Below, piece after piece: positions 1 through 12,280 of a stretch of 64,000 nt of DNA. A program made the translations under genes and the position numbers. Origin of the DNA: Ostrea edulis (taxonomy: Eukaryota); the NCBI RefSeq assembly GCF_947568905.1, contig NC_079166.1, forward strand, positions 37,386,001 through 37,450,000. Direction: 5' to 3'. The notes beneath the pieces are model-generated. The model was not told where the DNA came from, ran no database searches, and saw nothing but the letters and a program-made list of their open reading frames with translations. Position 1 is the first letter of the stretch. Each line of letters starts with the position of its first letter.

Positions 1-1217
1 CCCAAAAAAGTAACAATTTACAATTATTCAATTCCTACTCCAAATGATGGTCTAGAAACTGACGACGGTGTCCAATACGGATACCTACAAGATTCCGGTT
101 TTTTAAAAAAAAAAATCAATAAATGAAAAATCAATAAATCTTTGTAAACTTGTTCGATGCTACACCATTTCGTTTGTTAAATTTCAAACTGGTGCGCAGC
201 GCTTTGGTCCTTCGCATCGACAACGTTAACTGTTATTGCGCATACTCTTACGTATCATCGATATCAGTCTATTCCCCATTATTTTTTGGCTATCTCTTAG
301 TACCAGAAACACGTTATATGTCTCTGCTAGTACATACACGTAGTTCTTCTCTTTCCCGCTAATTCTAATGAACTTTATTAGCAATTTTTGCTTGCATGCT
401 GTGAATATATCTATATACACGTAAATGTATCCTGTCCAATATCTCCCATGAGAGGAAATAAAGTATGACTTTGTAAATGTATGGTGTTCAGGATCTCCTT
501 TGAGAGGAATTGAAGTATGAAAGTACTGAACTCTCCCTCATAAAATTTACTAACATAACGACACATGAAATTGATATTCTTTAATACTTAAACAACAAAA
601 AAAGATTGTAAATATTCTTCTAATGGATCTGTGGACATCTTTTTCTTCATTAATAGCAAATTTAGAATTAATATCACATACAAATTTGTTTACTCGGGAA
701 AACATTTGTAACAAAACAAATCACTAAATAGATAATTCACAAGGGAGAGAAGAGTGTTGGAAAACATCAGTGCTATGAAGTACTTTTCATGAATTCTCTG
801 AAGAAAAAAATTATATACATCCTTGACTTTTTCAACAAAAAGATTTCTCTTCCTTGAGTAGTCCTATTTAGCCATATATTAATAACTAGCATATCATATA
901 CGGTCTATATACATTTTGATCACAGACAATATGAACTAGAAGGTAGAAAAAAATCCATATTTTTTTTTTCATTTGTGTCATAATTTAATGGAGCAACCAT
1001 TATTTCAAACAAAGAGAATACTGACATGTATTTTGAAGAAATTGTCCATTTCAATAGATTTTTGTTCAAATTGATGTCCTGTCTCACATTCCTTTCTAAT
1101 ATCAATATTGCTTTCCTTGTGTTTTGTACAATCAGAAAGAATTTAATGTTTGTGTAGTGAATCCCCTTTGCCGGTCCTGATAGTGAGATAATGACTGCTC
1201 CCCTCCTTGTCCTTCAT

Positions 1218-4200
1218 CTACTCATCCCCACCCCCCGTTTCCTCCCCACCCTCTGTGTTCCCTGAGGGTTCCTCTTTCTTCTCGGGTTCTTGAGTTTCTT
1301 CCTTCTTTTCACCCTGTAATTACAAAATGAATGAATTTTAATCAAAATGTAGTCATAGAGGTTATGCATAAACACATGGCTGATTATATATTAGATTGTA
1401 ATGCATTGTGTAATATATGTATATAAGGGAACAACACTTAGATTAAGTACCATATAAGGGGAATTTTAGCGAGACACAAATTTAACTTCTCCATAAAAAT
1501 GGGTATATATATTTAGCCAGAGCTCATTTTAGTAATTTTGTAATTCCAAGAAAGTATTCTGTTACCTACTATATGGAATTAATTATTAGCAATATTCAAT
1601 TTTAGCTATCTCAACACCCTCGCTAACAATGCCAAAATTAAATCCTCGCTAAAAATTCTGCTTAAATGGTATTGTTAAAGTCCACATGAAATCAAACTTT
1701 AAGATATAATGTTAACCTCAAGTGCAAAAACCATTAAAATATATTCATGGAATATATTCATGATCTGAGACAATAACCTGACTTGAACTAGAATCTGATA
1801 AGCAGGTTGTAGTAAATCAAACACAACTTAAATTTCACAAGTCTACAAAAACTTATTTTTTGTGTGAACATTGCCATGGACAAGCTCACAATCCTGAGTA
1901 CAATAAAATGTGTTCTGAATGTTCTCGTTTTTTGACCAGGCCGGGAGAAAAATACTTAACTAAAAAACACTTAACATATTGATAAGTGCATGTATAAACC
2001 TATAACTCTAAAGATTTTTGTTTAATGTATGAAACCTATTTCCAGTTTATTTTCTTCTGTTGACTCAAATTTCAAAGTTGCGATTGAAGAAGCAGACTAT
2101 ATCTTCAGACTATACATGTATATCTAAATCTAGAGCTACAATGTAATACATGTATATAATTTCCTGCTGTACCTCTCAAAACATTTTGGTGATTGGTATA
2201 GCATATGACAGAGTGGGGAGGAAATGTCCTCTTCACCTTACAAAATAATATCTAAGAGGTTGTTCATCTCTATTAATGGCAGTAATTAATTTTTTTTTTA
2301 TTAATTCATTGAACTCGATATTTATATTGCCAAGTCTCCTTTTGCTTTGATTGTAAATCACTGTGGTTTCCGGTTTTGTCATATTGGGATCAAAATATGA
2401 GAATCACAATGGTGACTCCTGAATAATTTGAATGTTTCATTTGCAATGGAGTGTGTCATTTTTCAATTACACACATCATTTCCTTTCCCAACCTTCTAAT
2501 CATAACTAATATTGTGTAATGTATAAATCATATATCACATATAATGACTTTCACTGATAATTAAATTTGAAAATTATGAAATATATAATATTACTGAAAT
2601 TGATTTTCATTGTTGTCGAGATCACAAATGAATCTTCTCCCTTGACACACAGATGACTTCATACAATGGAGATGAATGCTGGGTATTGATATGGGGATAA
2701 TTTATATTCAATGTTTGTATCACTTCTCCTATTAGCAGCAGCCCATCACAAGGGGCATTGAGACAGGGTGTGGCTTAATCAGTCCCCATTTATCACATAT
2801 TTGTCGTTCCAGATACATATCAGCTCCCCACAATACGTGGAGTCATTTGTATTGTGATTAATTTCTCCTTGGATACGCCTCCATGACTTTTCATTGATTG
2901 GGTCCAACTTTCTCCGTTCAGTGAAATGAATCCATCTCTTACAGTATCGGTGTCTAATCGGTGGAATTAACACTGCCACTGACCCGACAAACAGGCCCAG
3001 AACTAAATCAGACCGCCCCCCCTTGTACAACCAACTCATTAAATCAGCGCTGAAATTATCTCTCAATTCAACCATGCAGAAAAAAGTCACCTGCTTCAGA
3101 AGGCTAATTTATGAAAAAAGGGAAGTTCGACGTGTGCAGGTCTGGGACAGATACACCGACAGAGTCGGGGAATCGTGGGAAGGTTACATCTGGCTACCCG
3201 GCGGATTTGTCACCCGACACAGCAAGTGTAATGCATGGGCGACTCTGAGCCTCTGTACCCTTTGAAAGCCTTTCGTTCCGTGAGACCATCTTCCATACTT
3301 CAGCCCAGCAGTTCTCATTTCAGACAGGAAATCCAGGGACAATTTAATTCTCGTTGTTTCAAATCAATTATCAGGTTTTCTTTTACTACCACCAAAGCAT
3401 GCAACTTCTTTTTTTTGTATCCAGTATGACTAGTGTCACCTGTCCTCTCTCATTGATGAGATTTTTTATCTTTTTAACACATGTATTATTTAAGCAGTGA
3501 AAGTCATTAACATAATCACAAAATTAATAGTACAGGTACAACATTTTCATAATCATTGTGGTGAAGCATAGAGTTGTATCATCTAGGATAGTGATGTTAC
3601 AATTAAGGGTCATTAGATATACCGGTACAATTTATCTATGGAAAATAAACTCTGAGACCATAAAAAAATTCAAAAGCTTTATAACAAATCTATTCCATAT
3701 TTTGGTTTTAAGCCTTGTCCTAAGCTGTAGTGCTGTAGTTCTCTGAGAAAGAAAATGAAATAGACCAGAAAGATTTTTTTTTTCACAAAGAAATTCTAGA
3801 ACTCCATGTACATTAGATTTTTGAGTATGTTTGTGTATATGCGTGTACATGTATGTATTTCACATACTTATATCTTTACATAAAGAAAGTAATTTCCATG
3901 TTTTAATTAAACACCTTACAAAATTCAGTTTGAAAACTGCACAAGAATGAACCTGGATAAACTAATATCAAAGAAATGCCAGTCATTTTTCCCTTTGCAC
4001 TTTTATCATTTTTGTCTGAAAAGCATATCTTTATGGTAATTGAATTTAAAAAAGTATTAATGCATCTGTTTTTCTTAGTTATGCAATACCTAATCAGAAG
4101 ATAACATATTCACTGCAAAGTGATAAAAAAATGGAAGGGGAGTGGGTGGTGAATCTTGCATAGTGACAGCAGGAGGATTGATTGTGTGTGAAGTATTGTA

Positions 4201-6805
4201 TGTCGAGAGGTGTTTGCAATTTTTACTCTGTATTACAATATCAGTGGTGAAATATTGACTAAATTGACTAATTTGTTCAGCAAAGGAGCTACATTCTATA
4301 TACTGCGTTCTCTGGAAAATTATTTAAAAAAAATAAATAAAAAATGAAAATTTCAACATTTTCTCATTGAATATAAATTATTTTATGAGTGAAACAGGAT
4401 TTTTTCCCCCATGAGTGCAAAGCATAAATAAAAAGGTCCTAAAATCCTGTTGCATAAGTATATCACTTGCTGAATACTTTGTACAGTGAATATTTACCTC
4501 TGAAGTTGTGGCAGCAGCGGGGGCTTGTGATGGAACAGCGTTACTGGAGCTATCTGCAGGTTTACTGTCGCTGGGTGCACCACCAGTGGTAGCCCCGCCT
4601 CCAGCTGCAGGTTTCGCCGTCTTATTGTAGGCCTCTATCCTCTGATTCATCACGTCCCTGATCATTCCATCCAGCACCAAACGGCCAAGTTGAGATTTCT
4701 GTAACTGTTCTTGCACCTGGTCTATCAACCAAGGCATGAAACCCTGCTCAATATCTACAAAAAGAAAACAATGTTTTTGACCAAAAAGAAAACAAAGAAA
4801 AAAATCTAAACCATTTGAGGCATTGATGGTTGAATTTTTTTTTTAAAAGCAAGCAGCTAGGGTTGAGAATCACTTCAAATTTTGTAACTTACAGATTGAT
4901 TAAGTAATTCAAAAGAAGACAAAACGTTTTTAAAAAATTACATTCATGTATCTGTATTTTCTCAATTAATATTCAAAGACTTTCAAGTTAACATAAAGCT
5001 GACGAAAAATGAAACAGGTTGCAAACTTCAAAATGTAACATCTACTAGGTAATATTTAATCTACAGAAATATAATCATTTCAAGATTACTTCTCATAAGA
5101 TGTGAGATTGATGCATTTGGTGAATTTTAACAGCACTAAAGGAAGCGATTACTCTGCGCTGCCTTAAATGTCATTTCCCAAGCTTACCTCTTTCAACAGG
5201 ATCATAGAAGTAACCGTTGTCTGACAGTGTGCCAAACACAGTGGGTACGAGATCCGCAAGGTAACTCTGTGCAAATGCACGAGCAGCAATCTTGTCTGAG
5301 GTCTCTTTTTCTTTTTTCACAATATCTCGTTGTTGTCTCATCCTTCTCTCCTAGTAAACAGAATTAAAGAAATAAAGCAATGAAAGGGAGGTAATTCATA
5401 CAATACCCTATAGTCTCATAAGATTTTTTAAAAACAAAATATCAATGTATTATTAAAATCAATCATAATTTGCAATGACTTACTCAGTATAAGGGAGGTA
5501 ACTTAAAATGTCAACAGAATTTGAATATATTATTTAATTTTTCTGAATAATCACGGGAGTCTCACCTTCTCCTCCCTATGCCTCCTCTCCTGTTCCTCTA
5601 GTCGCTGTTGTTCCACCAGTTCCGCATTTCTCAGCTCCTCGAAGGCACGTTGTTGTGATCGGAGATTGGCGAGCTCCTCCTCCTCCATCACCTCGAGTAA
5701 GGCCTGCTCTACAGTTTTACCAACTAACACTTCTAAAATGGGCTTGACTTCAATATCGAAATCAAAGAGCTGCAAAAGAAGACAAGATTTTGTTAGTAAG
5801 TATCAAGAACAAAAATTACAGATACCAAATAAAAACAATTTATACATTGCCTTCAAATTGAATATTATTATATTGTTGGTTTTTACAAGAATTTGATTTC
5901 ATTAGTTAACACTTACATCACCCTCTAAGATCTGTGTTGTGATATCAACACCTGTTTTGGCAGGGACATACATGGGGGAAGGCGGCCTATCGAGGAAGGC
6001 ATCTGTCTGGACCTCAACATCAGCCTCCTCCACACGGTCACTGAGTTCCTCAAGGTACAGCTCGGTCTGTACATCAATGTGTTTGCGTCCCTCTACGGGG
6101 TCAGGGGAGCGGGGACGGAGCTGTTCCTTTGCCCTTTTTCTTGCTATTGCACGGCGACGGTTTTCCTGTTGTCTCTGTATTTCGATGGGGTCTGGCTGTG
6201 CATGCTGGTAATAAGGAATGTTACATGCTGATTATACTATCCATGAAAGCAATTTTCATGATTAGCACAAAGACTATCATGTGAGAAGAGACAAAAAAAC
6301 AAAACAAAAAAACTTAAAATATGATATATAGCGTTAGATATACTTACTGCTGGCAGTGTGTGTTGGGCATATGTGTTTCCTCGCACAATACGCCTGTCAT
6401 ACATAATGTTTCCATATTGTGGAGGTCCCTGGCTTCTGTAATACACACAATGAATTTAATTGACACAGCCATATGCTAACATATTTAGTCATGCAAAACA
6501 AGAAAGTGAATAACTGCAAAAAATATACTATATCATAACACGACATAAAACCTAACGAGAGAAACAATGACTATTTGTTAAAGTAAATTTCATATCTATA
6601 ATAACATAACGTTCGTGACATGAAAAATCGAATGTTGTTAGTATGATCATGAAATGTACATACAACATGAATTCCAAATCAATATATTAAAAACTTACTG
6701 ATCAATTGGATTAGCATCCCTGTACTTTTTCCGTTGTTGAACTGCACGGGGTTGACTCGCAAATGTGTATGTGCCTTGCGGCTTTTGAGGAAGAATTGTC
6801 GTCAT
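1218..6805 (-). CDS. RSPH3: Radial spoke head protein 3 homolog, about 400 aa; coding exons 6805-6699, 6435-6348, 6204-5917, 5769-5566, 5350-5188, 4754-4498, 1313-1218
   Basis: All introns are GT-AG, phases are compatible and the total of 1203 nt is in frame. The translation contains RSP3-family motifs YGNIMYDRRIVRGNTYA, DVQTELYLEEL, LFDFDIEVKPILEVLVGKTVEQALLEVMEEEEL and KIAARAFAQSYL. A non-coding first exon ends at donor 6959 and the exon-2 acceptor is at 6836. Assignment of the terminal acidic exon (1313-1218) is the least certain part. Confidence 0.9.
1448..1671. mobile_element. Small MITE-like element with ~26-bp imperfect TIRs in the last RSPH3 intron
   Basis: Left end taccatataaggggaattttagcgag versus reverse complement of right end taccatttaagcagaatttttagcgag; TA at both ends. 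Confidence 0.5.
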
Positions 6806-7012
6806 TATAGCGTTCTCTTCATGCAATTAATGACGACTGTTGGAAAAATAAAACACATTCAGCATTGAAATCAACATAAAGTATAAAACAGGATTCCATA
6901 AGATTGAACACACTAACTATTTAAGTTAAACTGCAATGATCATAGAAGTTATTATTACCTTTCAGAGTATTTTCGACCGTTCCTAACCTCCCTCCAAATA
7001 TTTACGAGTCAC

Positions 7013-7025
7013 GTTGCCAGGATAC
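7013..7025. promoter_or_regulatory. RFX X-box-like motif at the RSPH3 5' end
   Basis: GTTGCCAGGATAC lies about 55 bp upstream (gene orientation) of the first splice donor. It resembles GTNRCC-N0-3-RGYAAC, and RFX control of ciliary genes is established. Confidence 0.55.
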
Positions 7026-10000
7026 AGTAGGTTCGCAGTGAATAAGTCTTTAACCGATGAAACGTAAAAAAAAACAACCCATACAATCCTTGTATTTAAA
7101 AAATAGAAATAAAATAGATAATGAATCCAAGTATTTTAAAATTCAATTCATATCTTCATTATGTAAATGAAATAATTGAAATAATCAGAATATCATATTC
7201 AATATATTGACTGCGATCTTTATTAATATTTTTTTTTACAAAACGAAAAATCAATACAGAGTAATCGAGCCCGATGTGAAATTTAAGGTTATCACATCAG
7301 TAATTATTTTTACTATATACTTTCATTTTGTATTCCTTATAGGAGTTGTGAGATTGATCACTGTTCGTTCTCATCACTTTTTGTAAGATGTAATATATTT
7401 TTCTCTGTCACATGTCTCGTCTGCCAACAACTGAGAACCAACACCGTATGCAGCTTTTAAATCTTTTTCCCCCTCACTCACTACCCTCGCTAAAATCCGC
7501 GCATTTTTCACATGTATGGTTCAAACAGACCGAATGCATATCAGAAAGTAGTCTATAATAGTTCCTTTAAAAACAATTGATTATTTCTACAAATTACACA
7601 AAATTTCCTCCTCCGATTACAAAAACAACCTTGGAGAAAAGGATAACGTGAAATGGGGGAAAAATATATCCGCGAATGGAAATAAAATATTCTTTTAAAT
7701 ACACGGAACTATACAATCAACTAAGTTGATTTGTATGGGACAATTACCGGTGTGATACCGTGAATACACAGACGTATTATGTACGGTATTTTTAATTTCA
7801 AACGTATTAATTTATAGTACTTGAAGGGAAAGTACGTATTTATATATCATATATTTATATACAGTCACTGAATCTTTCCTGTTATATTTCTTTTGAAATT
7901 GACAATTGCTTTCATCTGCGATAATGAATACACGTTATTTTGCAGACTAGTTCGACCTGGGTTTTTTAGTACCACCTGTCCGCGTAATCATGGCGCATCG
8001 CCAAGGTTATTAGAAGCGTGCCTTGGCTGTTCTGTTTATGAATGGGTCAACGATATGATATATTACGAATCCGGGTAATTTTTTTTCCATGTTTGAGAAC
8101 AAATAAAATGGTTCAGACTTCTTAATTATTCATTCTCCGTTTTTAATGCAACTATATTGACCTTGGGAATAAAGAGGTCAAGGTCGTACGGTTTCAAGAT
8201 ATCCTATCTAATTTAAAAGTAATTCATTTGTAACAGTGTCAAATATATAACCGTCTATATAATTATCTTTCAATAACAGAAAACACACGAATCAAATGTC
8301 TGTGTATTTGTTTTTGGGAAATTAATTAATTTTGCATTTATCTACAGTACCTGACCATAAGTGAGTCATCATTTCATTTTTTCATAATGTATTTCATTGA
8401 AAAATGCCTTTTTGAAAATAAGTTGGTGCAACGTTACATGTATTTGTTGCTCATATTTATGACTATAATATCATGAAATGAAGAATTGTTCGTAGTTTCT
8501 TCACTTATTTTCGAAATAAGTTTATCTGCAGGCTTTGTGGTGACAATCACCCATCAAATGCGAAATTTTTTATCCGTTTTCTTTAGCTTTCCGTCTTATT
8601 CTCTTATTCAAAATGAAAAAAATAACCGGCTGTTGCATTGATGTATCAAGATTTTTTTCTTCTGTTTTGGTTCGTTTTTGTAAGACAGCTATACCCAACT
8701 TTGAACTGCAAGCGAAGGCCCCCTGTTTCGGAAATGTCGCTTTTTTCCTGTTGTTATGTGACAATCGTTGCATATAATTTCATATAATATATTACATTGT
8801 ACATTTGATTTAGGGAAGAGGGACGGGCTGGTACTACATTATGTGTTACATAGTATGATTGAGTATGCGCGTCGTTTGTTTGAAGTCACCATTGATTCAT
8901 TTGAAGCCACTGAGTTCCGTCCTGGACCAGACTGGTAGACTCTATCTAGAATTGTAGAACATATCTTTAAAAGGCGGGATTTTCAATTCTTCCCACTCCT
9001 CTCTATCTGCTCCTCACGTGGAGCTTCGCGCGAGTCAAACTGATCATTGTAACACTGGACGAAAACATACAAGTGAAATATGCACTTATTTACCCCCAAA
9101 ACATTAGAAAATCAGAATGGATGAAAAAAAAAATTCAGAAGAAACTGCAAAAAATTTCATTTGAAAAATTGCGTGCTGTATTACAACGACAGGAAAAGAT
9201 CTTTGTGTGGTATTTAAAAAGAAAATGAGAAAATGCTGACAAATGTCCACAATCCGAGCCATCTTGGAATCAACAAGACGCAAGTACCTGCCAATTATTT
9301 TCATCTGACAACGAAATGCAGAAACCTTTACATGACTGCTTACTCTCCACTATCATTTTCGGTGCCACGCCAATGTCGGGGGGTGGGGGTGGGGGAAGTC
9401 ATTTTCGAGTTTTACTCATTGAGACCGTTCCAACGATGTATCACAAACTACTTTCTCCCTGCTTTTATTGTTTACGACCTCGGCCATGTTCAGGGGGTGG
9501 GGTGGGGGTCAGTTTGGGATTCTAATTGTTGAGACCTTTCCAACGATATATTGCGTGAGTACTAGTACTTTCTTGGATAAATCTAAGTACACATGTACTG
9601 GGTATATTTTTGCTCACAGTTTGTAAATCCATCAATATCATTAAATACAATGTAGATTCAAAATTCACCTGGAGTCGTCATATGTAGGATTAATCTAAAT
9701 TTGCAATTTTCCCCCTTCCAATTACCCGTTGAAAAATAATTTGGAGTCAAAATTCCACGAATTCAGGGCCATTTTTCATCGTTGAGAAATGACCATGAGT
9801 CATTTCTCCAGGCCAGGTCAAAATAGAGTTCATGGAATTCGGGGAACATCGAAAACACCAGGTAATTCCCTAAAAAAGCACCGAAAACACCAATGTATTA
9901 TTTAAAGCAAAAACAAGGTGTTACTTCATACTTATTTACATGTACATATATCCCCATAGTTTCATTCATATCGATAGAAAATTGATCTAGGATTGCTTGG

Positions 10001-11654
10001 TCGCCAAAATATAACTCGAAACCAATGTTTGTCACAAATGGAATGTTTATTTTCTTTCAAAAAGGAGAAAGGATAGCAATATTTTGGAAATACGAGTGTG
10101 CCTTTGTCATGACAGTTACGTGTTGACCATTATGGTCCCACCTCCAGCCGTCATCCTGCCATCAAATGGTTCGGATTTATTGCTGCCCTGACACAGAACT
10201 TCTCACCAAACAAGATGCGCCGGCAACTATGAGTGCACTTTGTTTTTGTTACCACATGCAATGATAAGGAATGGAGGAAATTAACACGACATTGTTCAGT
10301 TCACCTGTACTTCCTCCTTCGAGGTTGTTAGACAATTCATCATGTTTTTGTGCTTTAAGGAGGATACAACTTGGACGATGGCGTTTAATGTATGGTATGT
10401 CGTTATAATTTTTCGTCGGTTGGTAATCGATTCTATTTTACCCCAATTCACGAACATTTCATATAAAATATGATAAACAATGTTAGGTCTACGTTTTACG
10501 GGAGTAAAATTCACCTGATCCGTGATACGTCCAATTAAAATGCTAATCTATGCAAAAACGTCAGATTTGACGGTAGCGATCATTACAAAATTGGAAAAAG
10601 TTGGGGGATGTCTCCAAAAACAATAAGTTAAAAGTCATTGGTGTAGAACAGAGAACGTGAAAAATAAAGAATTGAGATGAATGACATACGATAGGTAAGG
10701 TGTAACGATTTCTCTGTTTACAAAAATGTTAGAAAAGAAAGAATACATTCATCAAAATAACCCCGTTGCGTCCATTATCTCTTGGCCAATTAATGTGTCA
10801 TTGTGTGGAGTCGGTCTTTTTTAGTCATTAGAACTTCTTTGAATGAAGGAATTACATTTGTTACTGGGAATCTAACACCCTCGACAGGTGGGGAAATCAC
10901 GCGGTGTTTCATGTAATATATGTATATACACTGTATTTCTAATTTCAATACAGTAAAAAATACTTTCATACGAAATGTGATTCTTACCGTGTGTATATGT
11001 AGTATGTAGTTTGATAATAAGAAGTACAATTTTTGCTTATGATATCGATGTGTTCTGCATGTCCCCATACTAAAGCATATTTCAACCATTAAACTATATT
11101 TTAGACAAATATTAACTGAAGTTCAAATAAATTGATTCAAATTGATTTTGAAAATGAAATGGATCATATCATTTAAATACCGGGAGCTTACAAGTAATTT
11201 TTCTAAGTGACAGGTGAGCATCTATTAACAAATGACAGGAGATGAAAGTGACAAGCTAAGGATCGATCGGTCAAAACACACCTTACTTTATACAACATTG
11301 GCACGGTCTGGATAGTTTACTGATGTTCAAAGTTATCAAAGCATTGACAGAATTTTATTAACGCTTGACAAAATATGGTTATTAAAAGTACGTTTGTTCG
11401 AAATTAGTGATGGCATCTTTTCGTTTTTACCGAATAAATTGTTTTGGGGAATATTTTTTGTTGTACGGGAGGATGAAACAAGAAAACACGAGTTCTTTTT
11501 CGTGTCAATTCGAACCATCAATGTCAATGCTGTCAACTAAGGTCAATAAGGTCCATTGTATTTAAGCAAAGGTCCAAATAATTAGTTTTGATAGTTTTTC
11601 TTTGACTATATGCAGCTATATCTTTAAAGGATTGTAATTTTTGTTTCGATTGCG

Positions 11655-11990
11655 GGTGGCCAAATAAATCTCAGTTAGTAGAGCACCTGACTAGAGATTC
11701 TGGTTGTCCGGGTTCGAATCCCGGTCTGATCTGTTGCATTTTCTCCCTTTCTGTTACACCAGCACCTGGAACTGAAGATAAGGAATGTCTACCAGGAGAT
11801 AAGGATCCTTGGTTGATGTATTCAAGGTGTTGTACTGACTAAGGAGGGAAGAAATGTAGCGGTCAGACGGTTTCGATCGCCGGTAGTTAGTTGGAATTCA
11901 GTTGGTAGAGGACCTGAATAGAGATTCTGGGGGACCGGGTTTGATTCCCGGTCTGGTCCGTTTCATTTTACTTCCTTCCTGTTACATCTG
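11655..11990 (+). repeat. Two tandem tRNA-like (A-box/B-box) repeat units, ~230 bp apart
   Basis: ctcagttagtagagcacctgactagagattc...gggttcgaatcccggtc...ctgttaca recurs diverged at ~11890-11985. A related inverted copy lies at ~23425-23500. No intact cloverleaf. Confidence 0.6.
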
Positions 11991-12280
11991 AAACAGTGCC
12001 TTAGTGACTACGTGATGAGCATACTGATAATACTGTATTTCATTAAAACATAATCACTTAACACTTATAATAATATAATTAGATAAACAACATCAACCCA
12101 TTTCTTTCCTATTACGATGTTTGACATTATCACAGATCCTGTATTACAAGGTACCGGTTCTGACTGGTTCTCACCAAAGGAGCAGTGCAGGCATTATTGT
12201 GGTAACACATGTTTAACATCATAAACGTTATTTTATTCTAGTTTTTGCTCCTTTTGATTTTAGTTTATTCATTTCAGGGG

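Noticed and set aside
4940-5020. CTGACGA...GAAAC hammerhead-like core
   Set aside because: No helix II and only weak A/U pairing for helices I and III. Other CTGATGA sites (e.g. 17852, the 31227 repeat, 33507, 58795) lack a properly placed GAAA.
12245-12280. ORF-track start of the amine oxidase at 12245 (MLLLILVYSFQG)
   Set aside because: Non-ATG start running through a polypyrimidine tract and AG acceptor; the ATG at 12281 is the plausible start. The same applies to the extended starts at 45937 (IMPDH) and 55558 (Tctex1).
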